Counted from the stretch's first letter, positions 27,995-40,311 are shown. The stretch is DNA of 64,000 nucleotides from Alphaproteobacteria bacterium (GCA_963665325.3 OZ224045.1:1856001-1920000), one strand, 5' to 3'. Made by a program: numbers and translations. Notes: generated by a model from the letters alone, not told the origin.

Positions 27995-29080
27995 CTACTC
28001 CGCCGCCTCCGCGCGGAATGCCGGCGAGAAGTGCGGGGCGACTTCGCGGGCGAAGCGGGCCATGACTTCCCGTTGCAGGTCCTTGGGCATGCCGGGCGTG
28101 GCGGCGGAGACCAGGGCGTAGTCGAAGCCGAGCGCGGCATAGCCCCTGAGCCGTTCCACGGCGGTCTCGGGCGAGCCGACAAGGTTCATCTCGCAATAGG
28201 GGCCGAGCTCGTCGGGGTCCGTCATCTTGCGCAGATTGGCGAACATGCGGGAGAACTGCTGGTATTCCTCGATGTTCTCCCAGGGGTTTGCGTCGGCTTC
28301 GTAGTGGTCCGCCTGGATTGCGAAATAGGGCGGGAAATAGCGCCGCGCGAGCTTGGTCGCCTCCTCGTCCGTGTCCGCGATCAGCATCTTTATCGAGATG
28401 GCCTTCGAGCGGTCGGCCCCCGGAGGTGCCTGCTCGTCCCAGGTCCCGAGAATCTTCTCCAGCAGGCGCGCAGGAAATGTGGACAGGCAGAGCGGCGGCA
28501 GGGCGAGACCGGCCATCACGCCGGCGCTCTGCGGGCTGCCAATGGCGCCGTAGAACCTGACCGGCTTGTCCACCGGCTCCGGGCGCAGGCGGACCGGGCG
28601 CGGCACCTTGTAATGGGTCCCATCATGGGTGAATTCCTGTCCCGAGAGGCCCTTGCGGATAATGTTCAGCGATTCCGCGAACCGGCCCCGCGCCTCCGGC
28701 ATGGAGACGCCGTAAGCGTCGTACTCCGATTTCGCCGTGCCGCGCCCGAGGCCCAGATGCAAGGTGCCCCGCGTCAGCGAGTTCAGCATCGCGATCTCTT
28801 CGGCGATGCGCACCGGGTGGTACCAGGGCAGCACGAGCACCGACGTGCCGAGCCCGATATCGGGGCAGAGCGCCGCCACATGTGCCATGAACAGGAGCGG
28901 GCTCGGCGTCGGGTAGTAGTCCGAGAAATGGTGCTCCAGCATCCAGACCGATTCGTAGCCGAGCGACTCGGCGAGCTTCACGTCCTCGATCACCTCGTCG
29001 TACAGCACCTTGTCCGATTTGCGGACATCGGTGGAGGGCGCGGTCTGCACGCCGAAGGTCATGGCTCGGACCGTCGTCAT
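27995..29080 (-). CDS. LLM class flavin-dependent oxidoreductase (luciferase-like)
   Basis: LGYESVWMLEHHF, PSP, VLPWYHPVRIAEE, GLGRG, VGSPE. Confidence 0.9.
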   Translation of the reverse strand: MTTVRAMTFGVQTAPSTDVRKSDKVLYDEVIEDVKLAESLGYESVWMLEHHFSDYYPTPSPLLFMAHVAALCPDIGLGTSVLVLPWYHPVRIAEEIAMLNSLTRGTLHLGLGRGTAKSEYDAYGVSMPEARGRFAESLNIIRKGLSGQEFTHDGTHYKVPRPVRLRPEPVDKPVRFYGAIGSPQSAGVMAGLALPPLCLSTFPARLLEKILGTWDEQAPPGADRSKAISIKMLIADTDEEATKLARRYFPPYFAIQADHYEADANPWENIEEYQQFSRMFANLRKMTDPDELGPYCEMNLVGSPETAVERLRGYAALGFDYALVSAATPGMPKDLQREVMARFAREVAPHFSPAFRAEAAE

Positions 29081-29127
29081 GGGCGCGGGTTCCTCTTGCG
29101 GGGCGTATCCGGGGCGGCGGGCGGAGG

Positions 29128-30790
<1,663 letters not shown>

Positions 30791-30836
30791 TGCCGCTTCC
30801 GAACTCCCGCAGAGGACGACCTGTTACCTCGATACA

Positions 30837-30853
30837 GGCAAATTGCGTGCCGG
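30837..30853 (-). promoter_or_regulatory. Sigma54 (-24/-12) promoter of amtB-glnK
   Basis: Minus strand CGGCAC-GCAAT-TTGC, exact GG-N10-GC spacing, about 50 nt upstream of the amtB start. Confidence 0.75.
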
Positions 30854-30880
30854 AACGCGACAACAGATCCGGCGGGCCGT

Positions 30881-31285
30881 CTATCCCCCCTTTTTGGGCC
30901 GCTCGGCGACCGGGCCGCCGGCTTCCTTCCAGGCGGTAAAGCCGCCTTCGATGTGGGCGACGGGCTCGAGGCCCATATCCTGCAGTGTCTCTGCCGCCAG
31001 CGCCGAACGCCAGCCGCTCGCGCAATAGAGCACGAACTTCTTGCCGTTCGCGAACACATCGCGGTGGTAGGGACTCGCCGGATCGACCCAGAATTCCAGC
31101 ATGCCGCGCGGGGCATGCAGCGCGCCCGGAATCATGCCGTCGCGGTCGAGTTCGCGCACATCGCGGATATCGACGATCTGCACGGACTCGTTGTCCTGGA
31201 GAGCCAGCGCGTCGGCGGCGGATATTTCCTCGATCTTCGCGCGGGCGGCGGCAAGGAGCTGGTCGATGCCCTTCGTGATGGCCAT
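30881..31285 (-). CDS. Rhodanese-like protein
   Basis: VDIRD..E, RGMLEFW.DP, YCASGWRS, GGF.AW. Confidence 0.9.
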   Translation of the reverse strand: MAITKGIDQLLAAARAKIEEISAADALALQDNESVQIVDIRDVRELDRDGMIPGALHAPRGMLEFWVDPASPYHRDVFANGKKFVLYCASGWRSALAAETLQDMGLEPVAHIEGGFTAWKEAGGPVAERPKKGG

Positions 31286-31314
31286 GGGATGCGGTCGCTT
31301 TCCTGGGTGGCGGG

Positions 31315-32373
31315 TCAGACGATGCCGACGGGATTGGCGGGAGAGCCGACCGCGCCCGGCAGGCGGAGCGGCTGGCAGGTGGCGAAGAAGCGCGTCCGGC
31401 CGAGCTCGCGCAGGCGCCGCGCGAGGTCGCCCAGATACCAGAGTTCGCCGAGCGGCACGCCGAGCTTGAACAGGCAGTGCTGGTGCAGCGGCGAGTTGGC
31501 GTAGCGCTCTCCCGCCATGGGCCGGGCCGGCGATTGTTCCACGGCGTAGTTGTCGGCGAAGAGCGCGGCGACGCCGGTGTCGGTGATCCATTGCAGCAGC
31601 TTGTCGTCGCGCCCGTCGAGCGCGGCGCAGCTGTTGGCGAGGCGCGGGCCGTCCGGCTCCTTCTCCATTTCGAGGATGAGGTCCGCGAAGCCGGTATAGA
31701 AGAAGGCGAGGTCGCCTTCCTCAACGGTGGCGCCGGTCTCCTCCAGCACGCGCATCAGCTCGTCGTAAGTGACGAGATGGCGTCCCTCGCGCCCGAAGAA
31801 GCGCTCGAGGTCTATCAGCACGCCGCGGCCGACCACGCCCTTTTCCGCGAAGGTCTCAATGCCGAGCTTGCGCGCGCCCATCGCTTCCGGACGCGGCATC
31901 TGCGAGCCGTCGGCGTTGTAGTCGACCGGCCCGATAATGTCCTCGCCGCCCTTGAAGCCGTTGTAGAAGCGGATTTCCGGGACGCCGTCGCCATCCGCAT
32001 CGAACAGTTGTCCCATATGGCAGAAGGCGTCCCACTGCGAGGAATATTGCAGCGTCATATGCACCCGGTCGTCGCAGCCGACATCGATATGGCGCGGGTC
32101 GTCGAGTTGCAGCGGGTAGTTGTAACGCGGCGCGCCGTCCGGCCCCTGGGTCGGCTCCAGCACCGGCGGATGGCGGCGCGGATTGAGAATGTTGCGGCCC
32201 GGATAGTCCAGTGGAAGGGACAGGCAATAGACCTCGCCCAGACGGATTTCCTCGCGCGCGGTCAGCACCCGCTCCGGCGTCAGCAGGTTCAGCCGGCCGA
32301 GCTGGTCGTCCGGTCCCCAGTCGCCCCAGGTGGACCCGTCTGGCCGTCTTTTCCAACGCGGAGTCTCCGTCAT
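31315..32373 (-). CDS. Cyclase family (kynurenine formamidase-like) metal hydrolase
   Basis: WGDWG.DDQLGRLN, LQYSSQWD..CH, GRGVLID, DNYAVE, LGELW. Confidence 0.85.
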   Translation of the reverse strand: MTETPRWKRRPDGSTWGDWGPDDQLGRLNLLTPERVLTAREEIRLGEVYCLSLPLDYPGRNILNPRRHPPVLEPTQGPDGAPRYNYPLQLDDPRHIDVGCDDRVHMTLQYSSQWDAFCHMGQLFDADGDGVPEIRFYNGFKGGEDIIGPVDYNADGSQMPRPEAMGARKLGIETFAEKGVVGRGVLIDLERFFGREGRHLVTYDELMRVLEETGATVEEGDLAFFYTGFADLILEMEKEPDGPRLANSCAALDGRDDKLLQWITDTGVAALFADNYAVEQSPARPMAGERYANSPLHQHCLFKLGVPLGELWYLGDLARRLRELGRTRFFATCQPLRLPGAVGSPANPVGIV

Positions 32374-32450
32374 GCGTCCCTTTCTCCCGCTTGCCGCCGG
32401 CGCAGTTGCGGCTACGGTAACGGAACCCGAATGCATAAGGAAACGCCGAA

Positions 32451-33227
32451 ATGAGCAATCCCTTCAGCCTCGAAGGCCGCAATGTCCTGGTCACCGGCGC
32501 GGCGCAGGGCGTCGGCCGCGAGGTCGCGCGCACCGTCGTCTCGATGGGCGGCCGCGTCGCTGTCGTCGATCTCAACAACGAAGGTATCGACAGCCTTGTC
32601 GCCGAACTCGGCGAGGACAAGGCGATGGGTTTCAGCGGCTCGGTCACCGAGCAGAGCCTTGCGGACAGCATCGTCGAGACGATGGTGGACGAGTGGGGTT
32701 CGATAACCGGACTGGTGAACAATGCCGGCATCGTCCGCGCCGCCATGATCCACAAGATGAGCCGCGAATACTGGGACGAGGTCATCAATGTGAATCTGAC
32801 CGCCGTCTATCTGGTGCTGCAATCGGTCGGCCGCCAGATGATCAAGCAGTCGGAGACGGGTGAGTTCGGCGTCTGCCCCGGCCAGATCGTCAATGTGTCC
32901 TCCATCGCCGGCACGGCCGGCACCATCGGCCAGATCAACTACGGCGCCGCCAAGGCCGGCGTGCTCGGCATCACCATGAGCGCGGCGCGCGAATGGGCGC
33001 GCTACGGCGTCTGTGTGAATTCGGTGGCGTTCGGCACCGTTGTCACGCCGATGACCGAGGTGATCCGCGGGCCGAAGTTCGGCGCCCAGACCATGTCCCG
33101 CATCCCGCTCGGCCGTTACGCCGAGACCAGCGATGTGGCGCCGAGCGTCTGTTTCCTGCTCTCGCCGGGGTCGAACTATATCACCGGCAAGAACCTCACC
33201 ATCGATGGCGGCATGACCGCGATGTGA
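32451..33227 (+). CDS. SDR oxidoreductase (FabG-like)
   Basis: TGAAQGVG, NNAG, YGAAK. Confidence 0.92.
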   Translation: MSNPFSLEGRNVLVTGAAQGVGREVARTVVSMGGRVAVVDLNNEGIDSLVAELGEDKAMGFSGSVTEQSLADSIVETMVDEWGSITGLVNNAGIVRAAMIHKMSREYWDEVINVNLTAVYLVLQSVGRQMIKQSETGEFGVCPGQIVNVSSIAGTAGTIGQINYGAAKAGVLGITMSAAREWARYGVCVNSVAFGTVVTPMTEVIRGPKFGAQTMSRIPLGRYAETSDVAPSVCFLLSPGSNYITGKNLTIDGGMTAM

Positions 33228-33237
33228 GGCAGGGGGG

Positions 33238-34125
33238 GTGAGCACACTTTCGACAGGGCCGTGGCGCAGCTTCCTGTTCGCGCCTGCCAACCATGCCCGC
33301 ATGGCGGAGAAGGTGTTCCAGGCGGGCGCCGACGCGGCCATCCTGGACCTTGAGGATGCGGTGGCGGTCGCCGGGAAACCGGCCGCCCGCGCCGACGCGG
33401 TCGCCGCCTTGCAGCGGCCGCGGCCCTGCAAGGGCTTCGTGCGCGTCAACGCCGCCGAGACCGAATGGTGCTTCGGCGACATGGAGGCAATTGTCGGGCC
33501 CTGGCTCGACGGCATCGTGCTGCCGAAGCTCGAAAGCGCGGCCATGCTCCAGACCATCGACTGGACGCTCGCCCAGCTGGAGCGCAAGGCCGGGCTGGAG
33601 ATCGGCAGCATCGACCTCATGCCCATCGTCGAGACCGGCCTCGGCATCTCCAACCTGAAGGAGATCGCCGCCTGCCGCTCGCGCCTCCGGCGGCTCTGCT
33701 TCGGCGCCGGCGACTACACGCTCGACGTGGGCATGCGCTGGTCGCTGGACGAGACGGAACTGGCGCAGGCGCGCGCCGCGATGGTGGTGGAGTCTCGCGC
33801 GGGCGCGCTGGAGCCGCCGGTCGATACGGTGTTCATCGAACTCCGCGAAACCGAGGCTTTCGAGGCCTCTGCCCGGCGCGTGCTCGCCATGGGATTCCAG
33901 GGCAAGCTCTGCATCCATCCGAGCCAGGTGGGCCCGGTCAACGACGCCTTCTCGCCGACGGAGGAGGAGGCCGAGCGCGCGCGGCGCATCGTCGCGGCGT
34001 TCGACGAAGCCGAGGCCGCCGGCTCCGCTTCCATCCAGGTGGACGGCTATTTCGTCGATTACCCGATAGTCGAGAAGGCGCGCCGAACGCTGGCGCTGGC
34101 GGAACGGATCGCCGCGCGGGGCTGA
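33238..34125 (+). CDS. CitE-family CoA ester lyase
   Basis: ILDLEDAV, VRVN, LPK, IVET, FGAGD, GK.CIHPSQ. Confidence 0.9.
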   Translation: MSTLSTGPWRSFLFAPANHARMAEKVFQAGADAAILDLEDAVAVAGKPAARADAVAALQRPRPCKGFVRVNAAETEWCFGDMEAIVGPWLDGIVLPKLESAAMLQTIDWTLAQLERKAGLEIGSIDLMPIVETGLGISNLKEIAACRSRLRRLCFGAGDYTLDVGMRWSLDETELAQARAAMVVESRAGALEPPVDTVFIELRETEAFEASARRVLAMGFQGKLCIHPSQVGPVNDAFSPTEEEAERARRIVAAFDEAEAAGSASIQVDGYFVDYPIVEKARRTLALAERIAARG

Positions 34126-34131
34126 GGGCGG

Positions 34132-34929
34132 TCAATCCTCGGACGAAGGCTGCTCCGCCCAGGGAGGTGGGCGCTTTTCGTTGAAGGCGTCTATGCCGGC
34201 GCGGGCGGCGGAGGCGCGCAGCAGGCCGGCGATCGTGCGGGCGGCGTCGTCCAGGGTTTCGTCCACCGGGCGGTCGGTGGCGGAGATGACCAGGCGTTTC
34301 GCCTCGGCGACGGCGTTCGGTTCCGAGCGGCGGACCTGGTCCAGCACCTCGGCCAGCGCCGCATCGGCCTCCTCGGGGCTGGCGGCGAGGATGTGGGCGA
34401 GGCCGTCGCGGAGCGCGTCGCGGCCGTTCAGTATGGCGCCGGTCACCACCAGCCGCCGGGTCCAGCCTTCGCCCATGCGCCGGACAATGTGGGGGATGAC
34501 CTGGGCCGGGATGAAGCCGGAGCGCGCCTCGGGCAGGCCGATCTTCGCGTCCTCGCGCACGATGACGACGTCCGAGCAGCAGGCCATGCCGAGGCCGCCG
34601 CCCGTGCAGGCGCCCTCGACCACGGCGATGACGGCCTGGGGCAGGGCGTTCAGCACCTCCAGCACATGGCCCATCTTGCGGTAGAGCCGGAACAGCGGGT
34701 CGGGGTCCGCGGGCGGGGGAATGTCTCCCAGCATCGACATGTCGCCGCCGGCCGAGAATTGCCCGCCTTCGCCCCGCAGCACGACGGCGCGCGCGTCCGA
34801 GGCCTCTGCGTCCCTGAAAGCGGACAGCAGCGCCTCCATGGTCTCCTGGGTCAGGGCATTGCGGCGCTCGGGCCTTGTCAGCAGGACATGGAGGGCGATT
34901 CCGCGGCGTTCGACCCTGACCGGGCTCAC
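34132..34929 (-). CDS. Enoyl-CoA hydratase/isomerase (AtuE-like)
   Basis: RNAL, FSAGGD, GGG.G, LPE..SG.IPAQ. Confidence 0.85.
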   Translation of the reverse strand: MSPVRVERRGIALHVLLTRPERRNALTQETMEALLSAFRDAEASDARAVVLRGEGGQFSAGGDMSMLGDIPPPADPDPLFRLYRKMGHVLEVLNALPQAVIAVVEGACTGGGLGMACCSDVVIVREDAKIGLPEARSGFIPAQVIPHIVRRMGEGWTRRLVVTGAILNGRDALRDGLAHILAASPEEADAALAEVLDQVRRSEPNAVAEAKRLVISATDRPVDETLDDAARTIAGLLRASAARAGIDAFNEKRPPPWAEQPSSED

Positions 34930-36512
34930 GACGGGGACCCGAACCCGCCCGCGCCGGGGGTCTCGACGAGGAGCCGCTCATCCTCATGCACGATGATGCC
35001 CGATGGCTTGGTGGCGAGCGGGGTCTCGGCGCCGTCTGCATCCAGCAGCGCAAACCGGCCGCGGCCGCCGGTGTCCCCGCCGGCGAGGCCCCACGGCGAG
35101 TTCGTGAAGCGCTCGCCCGCGCCGTTGAAGAGGCAGTCGTGCCCGACCGGCCGCACCACGCGGTACAGCCCGCGCCCGCCGCGGAACCGCCCCGCGCCGC
35201 CTGAGCCTTCCAGCAGGCCGTAGCGTTCCACCATCAGCGGGTATTCGGTCTCGATGGCTTCGACGGGCAGGTTGGAGGTGTTGGTGATGCCGACCTGCAC
35301 GCCGTCCTTGCCGTCTCCCCCCGGCCAGCCGCCGGCGCCGCCGCCGAGCGTTTCCAGATAGAGGTAGCCTTCGCCCGTTCTGGGGTCGATGCCCGAGAAG
35401 ACGGCGGTGGTGTTCGCGCCGTTGCCGGCTGCCGGCGCACGGTCCGGCATGGCGGGCGCAAGCGCGCCGAACACGACATCGATGATCCGCTGGCAGGTAT
35501 GCGCCCGCGCCGCCACGGGGGCGGGAAAGACGGCGTTGAGCAGCGAGCCGCGCGGCGCGGAAATCTCCACGCAGTCGATCACCGCCTGGTTGTTCGGCAC
35601 TTCGGGGTCCAGCAGCGCCTTGAGCGTGTAGGTGACGGCTGCGACCGTCGCATTCATGGTCACATTGACGTTGCCGGGGACCTGCGGGGCCGTGCCGGAG
35701 AAATCGAAGCTCGCGCTGCCGCCCTTCTTCTCCACGGTCAGCACGATGGGGATGTCGCGGGTCTCGATGCCGTCATCGTCCATGACATCGTCGAAGCGGT
35801 AGGTGCCGTCCGGGATCGCGCGGATCGCATCCGCCATGCGCCCTGCCGTGCGCGCCAGCATGTCTTCGAAGGCTGCGAGCACCGTTTCGGCGCCGTAGGC
35901 CGCGACGGTCTCGTCCATGCGCCGCACGCCGAGATTACAGGCCGCGACCTGGGCGAAGTAATCTCCGCGCCGCTCGTTCGGCAGCCGCACATTCAGCAGC
36001 ACGAGGTCGAACAACTCGCTTTGCAGCACGCCTTTGCGGAAAAGCTTGACCACCGGCACTCGCAGGCCTTCCTGGTAGATTTCCGACATGCCGCCGGCCA
36101 TCGACCCCGGCGCCATGCCGCCGACATCGGCGTGGTGAGCGATATTGCAGACCCAGGCGACGATGCGCCCGTCGGCGAAAACCGGGGCCGCCATGTTGAT
36201 GTCGGGCAGGTGGGTGCCGCCCGCCGTGTGCGGGTCGTTGGCGATGACGATGTCGCCTTCCTCGATATCGTCGCCATAGCGCGCCAGCAGGCAATCCATC
36301 AGACCGCTCATCGACGCGATATGGATCGGCAGGGACTGCTCCGCCTGGGCAATCAGCCGGCCCCGCGCGTCCATGATCGCGGTCGAGTGGTCGTGGCGCT
36401 CCTTGATGTTGGTCGAATAGGCGCTCTTCATCAACGCGGCGAAGGTTTCGTCGGTGATCGAGCGGAGCGCGTTGGCAAGGATTTCCAGGCCGATGGGGTC
36501 GAGTGCGGTCAT
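34926..36512 (-). CDS. Hydantoinase B/oxoprolinase subunit
   Basis: SAYSTNIKERHDHS, NDP..GGTHLPD, HHADVGG, ETPGAGGFG. Confidence 0.92.
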   Translation of the reverse strand: MTALDPIGLEILANALRSITDETFAALMKSAYSTNIKERHDHSTAIMDARGRLIAQAEQSLPIHIASMSGLMDCLLARYGDDIEEGDIVIANDPHTAGGTHLPDINMAAPVFADGRIVAWVCNIAHHADVGGMAPGSMAGGMSEIYQEGLRVPVVKLFRKGVLQSELFDLVLLNVRLPNERRGDYFAQVAACNLGVRRMDETVAAYGAETVLAAFEDMLARTAGRMADAIRAIPDGTYRFDDVMDDDGIETRDIPIVLTVEKKGGSASFDFSGTAPQVPGNVNVTMNATVAAVTYTLKALLDPEVPNNQAVIDCVEISAPRGSLLNAVFPAPVAARAHTCQRIIDVVFGALAPAMPDRAPAAGNGANTTAVFSGIDPRTGEGYLYLETLGGGAGGWPGGDGKDGVQVGITNTSNLPVEAIETEYPLMVERYGLLEGSGGAGRFRGGRGLYRVVRPVGHDCLFNGAGERFTNSPWGLAGGDTGGRGRFALLDADGAETPLATKPSGIIVHEDERLLVETPGAGGFGSPS

Positions 36513-38551
36513 GCTGCGATCCGGATTGTGAGGTTGCCGTATGTGTCCACTGTCGCCGTGTCGTCCGGATAGACGATAGCGGTGGCGTCCAGTTGTTCGA
36601 TGACAGCGGGGCCGTCGATGCGGCTGCCCGCGCCGAGTGCGCCGCGGTCGTAAACCGGCGTGCCCGGGCACTCCCGGCCGGTGAAGCGCACGAGCCGGCG
36701 TTCCCTCGGCGCGGGCGGGCCTTCGGCTGGCGGGAGCGTTGTTTGCGGCGCCCTGTAGAGGCGGGCCTTCGCCGTCAGCCTGAGATTGACGATCTCGACC
36801 GGGTCGTCCGGGTTGCGGAAGCCGTAGGCGAACTCATGCGCATCGAGGAAGCGGTCCCGAAGGTCGTCGAGGCTTTCCGGAAGTGCCACGGCGAGTTCAA
36901 AATTCTGCCCGACATGGCGCATGTCGAGCGAAACCTCGGTCTGCCGGTCTTCCGCGGATCCTTCCCCCGCGAACCAGAGCCCGGCCCGCTCCTCCAGTTC
37001 CTCCAGAATGGCGGCGATGCGCGGAAACGCCACGGCCGACACGGCGATGCGCTCGCTCCGGGTGAAGGTCTCGCGCAGGTCCGAGACCAGCAGCCCCTCC
37101 GCGCAGACGATGCCCGGTGCGGGCGGGACCAGGATTTCGCCGATCCCGATGCCGGCGGCCACATCGCGCGCATGCAGCGGCCCCGCTCCGCCGAAGGCCG
37201 CCAGCACATAGCCGCGCGGGTCGTGTCCGCGCTCGACCGAGACCGTGCGGATCGCGCGGATCATGTTGGCGGCCACGATATCGAGCACGCCTTCCGCGGT
37301 GCGCTCGACCGAGAGGCCGAGGCGCGCAGCGGCCGGCTCGAAGGCAGCGCGGGCCCTGCCTTCGTCGAGGCGCATGCCCCCGTCCAGCAGGCCGCGCGCG
37401 CTGAGCCGCCCGAGCAACAGGTTGGCGTCCGTGACCGTCGGTTCCGCATTGCCCCGCCCGTAGCAGGCGGGACCGGGATCTGCGCCGGCGCTCTGCGGGC
37501 CGACCTTCATCAGCCCGTCGCGGTCGAACCAGGCGATCGAGCCGCCGCCGGCCCCGATGGTCGCGATGTCGATCTGCGGCAGGCGGATGGGAAAGCCCGC
37601 AACGGCCCGCTCATAGGCGATATCCGCCTCGCCGCCCCGGATTAGCGCCATGTCCGCGCTGGTGCCGCCCATGTCGAGCGTGACGAGATCGCCGAAGCTG
37701 GCGCTGCGGGCTGCGTGGATCGCGCCGACGACGCCCGCAGCCGGTCCCGAAAGGGCGGTGCGGACAGGAAAGGAGCGCGCGCGGCGGACCGACATCAGGC
37801 CGCCGCTCGACTGGTTGATGCCGAGGTTGGCGCGCGGCACGACGGGGGAGAGGCCTTTTTCCAGCCGGCCGAGATAACGGTCCATCACCGATTGCAGATA
37901 GGCGTTCACGGTCGTGGTGGAGAAACGCTCGAACTCGCGGAATTCGGGCTGGACCTCCGACGACAGCGAGACCTGCAGGTCCGGCAGCGCCGCCCGCAGG
38001 GCCTCGGCCATCGCGCGCTCATGCGCGCCGTTCAGATAGGCGAACAAGAAGCACACGGCGCAGGCTTCGGCCCCGCTCGCGCGGACCTCCTCGACAACCG
38101 CCGCGATATCGGCGGCGGCAGGCGCGCGCAACGGTTCGCCCGCCGCGTCCATGCGCTCGGCAAGCTCGAAACGCCTTTCCGGCGGCACCGGCGGGGCCGG
38201 AAAGGTGCGGCGGAAATCATACATATGCGGGCGCACCTGACGGCCGATCTCCAGCAGGTCCCGGAAGCCCTCGGTCGTGACCAGCGCCACCTTGCCGCCC
38301 TTGCCCTGGAGCAGCGCATTGGTCGCGACCGTCGTGCCGTGCGCCAGACGGGACACCTCGTCCAGCGCGATCCCGCACGCGTCGGCCATTTCCCGGATGC
38401 CCTCGAGGATGGCGCGGCTCGGGTCGTCGGGCGTCGAAGGGCGCTTGAAGATGTGCGTTTCGCCCGTGCGGTCGTTGACGGCAGAGAAGTCGGTGAAGGT
38501 CCCGCCGACATCCACCCCGACAATCCAGGACCCGGCCTCATGCCTATCCAT
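36509..38551 (-). CDS. Hydantoinase A/oxoprolinase subunit
   Basis: DVGGTFTD, HGTTVATN, SGPAAG, DMGGTS, GAGGGS, FGGAGPLH. Confidence 0.93.
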   Translation of the reverse strand: MDRHEAGSWIVGVDVGGTFTDFSAVNDRTGETHIFKRPSTPDDPSRAILEGIREMADACGIALDEVSRLAHGTTVATNALLQGKGGKVALVTTEGFRDLLEIGRQVRPHMYDFRRTFPAPPVPPERRFELAERMDAAGEPLRAPAAADIAAVVEEVRASGAEACAVCFLFAYLNGAHERAMAEALRAALPDLQVSLSSEVQPEFREFERFSTTTVNAYLQSVMDRYLGRLEKGLSPVVPRANLGINQSSGGLMSVRRARSFPVRTALSGPAAGVVGAIHAARSASFGDLVTLDMGGTSADMALIRGGEADIAYERAVAGFPIRLPQIDIATIGAGGGSIAWFDRDGLMKVGPQSAGADPGPACYGRGNAEPTVTDANLLLGRLSARGLLDGGMRLDEGRARAAFEPAAARLGLSVERTAEGVLDIVAANMIRAIRTVSVERGHDPRGYVLAAFGGAGPLHARDVAAGIGIGEILVPPAPGIVCAEGLLVSDLRETFTRSERIAVSAVAFPRIAAILEELEERAGLWFAGEGSAEDRQTEVSLDMRHVGQNFELAVALPESLDDLRDRFLDAHEFAYGFRNPDDPVEIVNLRLTAKARLYRAPQTTLPPAEGPPAPRERRLVRFTGRECPGTPVYDRGALGAGSRIDGPAVIEQLDATAIVYPDDTATVDTYGNLTIRIAA

Positions 38552-38772
38552 CGCTCGATCTCGTCATTGCGGCTTTCCCCCCGGCGTCGGGCTCCAATCT
38601 AGCCCACATGTCCCGCAGGGGTCACGGCTTGCCCGGCGCTGTCGGAGCGCGTGGGCTTGCGTCATGCACCCTCCGCCTTCGCCGGTACGTTCCTGCTGCA
38701 CTTTGGGCGTTGCGGCCATGGGGCAATATCGTTCCGGTGGCGCGGTTGAACGGTCTGGGTTAAGTTCCAATC

Positions 38773-39018
38773 ATGGCTGGAAAGCAGCGCAAACCCGATC
38801 TTCCCAAAGGCACTGAATCGAATGGCCAGCTTGCTGAGGCGGCGCATTTGCAGGTGATCGAAGGGAACTCTCTTTCGCCCGGCGAACTTGCCATGTTCGA
38901 AATGTTCGAACGCGAGCAGTGGGCGTCCGAGGATCGCCGCGCTTATATCGGACAACGGACCGGAGGCCGCGTGCGGCCTTCGGACATTTTGCGGGCGCGC
39001 GACGCGGACCGTAAGTGA
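38773..39018 (+). CDS. Small protein resembling VbhA/FicA-type antitoxin
   Basis: 81 aa; HLQVIEGN.L recalls the (S/T)xxxE(G/N) Fic-inhibitory helix; recognised by memory only. Confidence 0.45.
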   Translation: MAGKQRKPDLPKGTESNGQLAEAAHLQVIEGNSLSPGELAMFEMFEREQWASEDRRAYIGQRTGGRVRPSDILRARDADRK

Positions 39019-39121
39019 GCGCTGCCGTGGATGCGTCCGCAGTCGTCGCGGCGCAGGCCGTGACATCGGCGGGACATCCGCGCTAAGGTCCGCGCTCGGT
39101 TCGATCTTCCGGAGGGGGCCG

Positions 39122-40258
39122 GTGGCGAAACGGTTCGAGGATGCGCTCGGCGACCTGTCCAGGCTGAAGCAGTTGATCCAGGCGAGCGAGTTCGATCTCG
39201 TGGTGGCAGCCTCGCCGGAAAACGTGCTCTACACGAGCGACGTCTTCATCTCGACGCAGGTCGATATCCGCGACCGGCTGGCGCTGATCGCCTGGGACGG
39301 GGACCGCGATCCGGTCTTCATTCTCTGCCGGGTGGAGGAGGGCTTCGCGCGGGAGGAAGGCTGGATTACCGACATTCGCGCCTACAAGGAGTTCGTCACC
39401 TCGCCCATCGACATGCTGGCCGAGGTCATCGACGAGTTGGGCGCGGCGAGCGGCTCGGTCGGGCTGGAGCTGGATTACCTGCCGGCGGTCTATTACGAGC
39501 GCCTGCGCTCTCTGCTGCCCAATGCGCGGTTCGGTCGCGCGGAACCGATCTTCGACCGTGCCCGGGTCATAAAGACGCCGCGCGAGCGCGAACGCCTCGC
39601 CGAAGGCTTCCGGGGCACCGAGCGGGCGCTGAAGGAAGCCTTCCTCGCGACGCGGCCCGGCGATACGGAGCGCGACATGTGCTTTCGCCTCGCCGACGGC
39701 ATCCTGCGGCACGGGGCGGAGTCCGTGGCATTCACGCACATCAATGGCGGGCCCAACACCGGCTTTCCGCACAAGGACCCCTCGGACTACCGGGTGAAGC
39801 GCGGCGACATACTCAAGGCCGACGCCGGGGGACGCTACGGGCGCTACTACTCCAATGTCGGCCGCACGGCGAAGCTTGGGCCGCTCAACGACGAGGACCG
39901 GTCCTGGTGGTCGCGGTTGCGGGAAATCCACCATGAGCTGATCGACATGGTCCGGCCCGGAAACACCGGACGGCAGATATTCGACCGCGCCACCGTGCTG
40001 CATGAGCGCCACGGCATTCCCTTCCCTTACGCGCATAACGGGCACGGGCTTGGCCTGCTGGTGCATGAGCGGCCCCTCATCAGCCCGCATGAGGACATGG
40101 CATTCGAGCCGGGTATGATGTCCACCATCGAGACGCGCGTCAGGTGGGTCGGGAAATGCGGCTACCATATGGAGGACCTGCTGGAGGTGACGGAGGGCAG
40201 CCCCGTGCTGCGCTCCGACTATTTCGACAATGAGGAGATTCTGGTCGTCGATGCCTGA
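39122..40258 (+). CDS. M24 (Xaa-Pro peptidase/creatinase) family protein
   Basis: SPEN..Y, R.IKT..E, GHGLGL.VHE.P, EPGM...E, EDL; GGAGG before GTG. Confidence 0.88.
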   Translation: MAKRFEDALGDLSRLKQLIQASEFDLVVAASPENVLYTSDVFISTQVDIRDRLALIAWDGDRDPVFILCRVEEGFAREEGWITDIRAYKEFVTSPIDMLAEVIDELGAASGSVGLELDYLPAVYYERLRSLLPNARFGRAEPIFDRARVIKTPRERERLAEGFRGTERALKEAFLATRPGDTERDMCFRLADGILRHGAESVAFTHINGGPNTGFPHKDPSDYRVKRGDILKADAGGRYGRYYSNVGRTAKLGPLNDEDRSWWSRLREIHHELIDMVRPGNTGRQIFDRATVLHERHGIPFPYAHNGHGLGLLVHERPLISPHEDMAFEPGMMSTIETRVRWVGKCGYHMEDLLEVTEGSPVLRSDYFDNEEILVVDA

Positions 40259-40311
40259 GTCCCGGCGGGACGGCCGGTAACGGGAACAACGGGAGAAGCT
40301 AGGGAGACACC

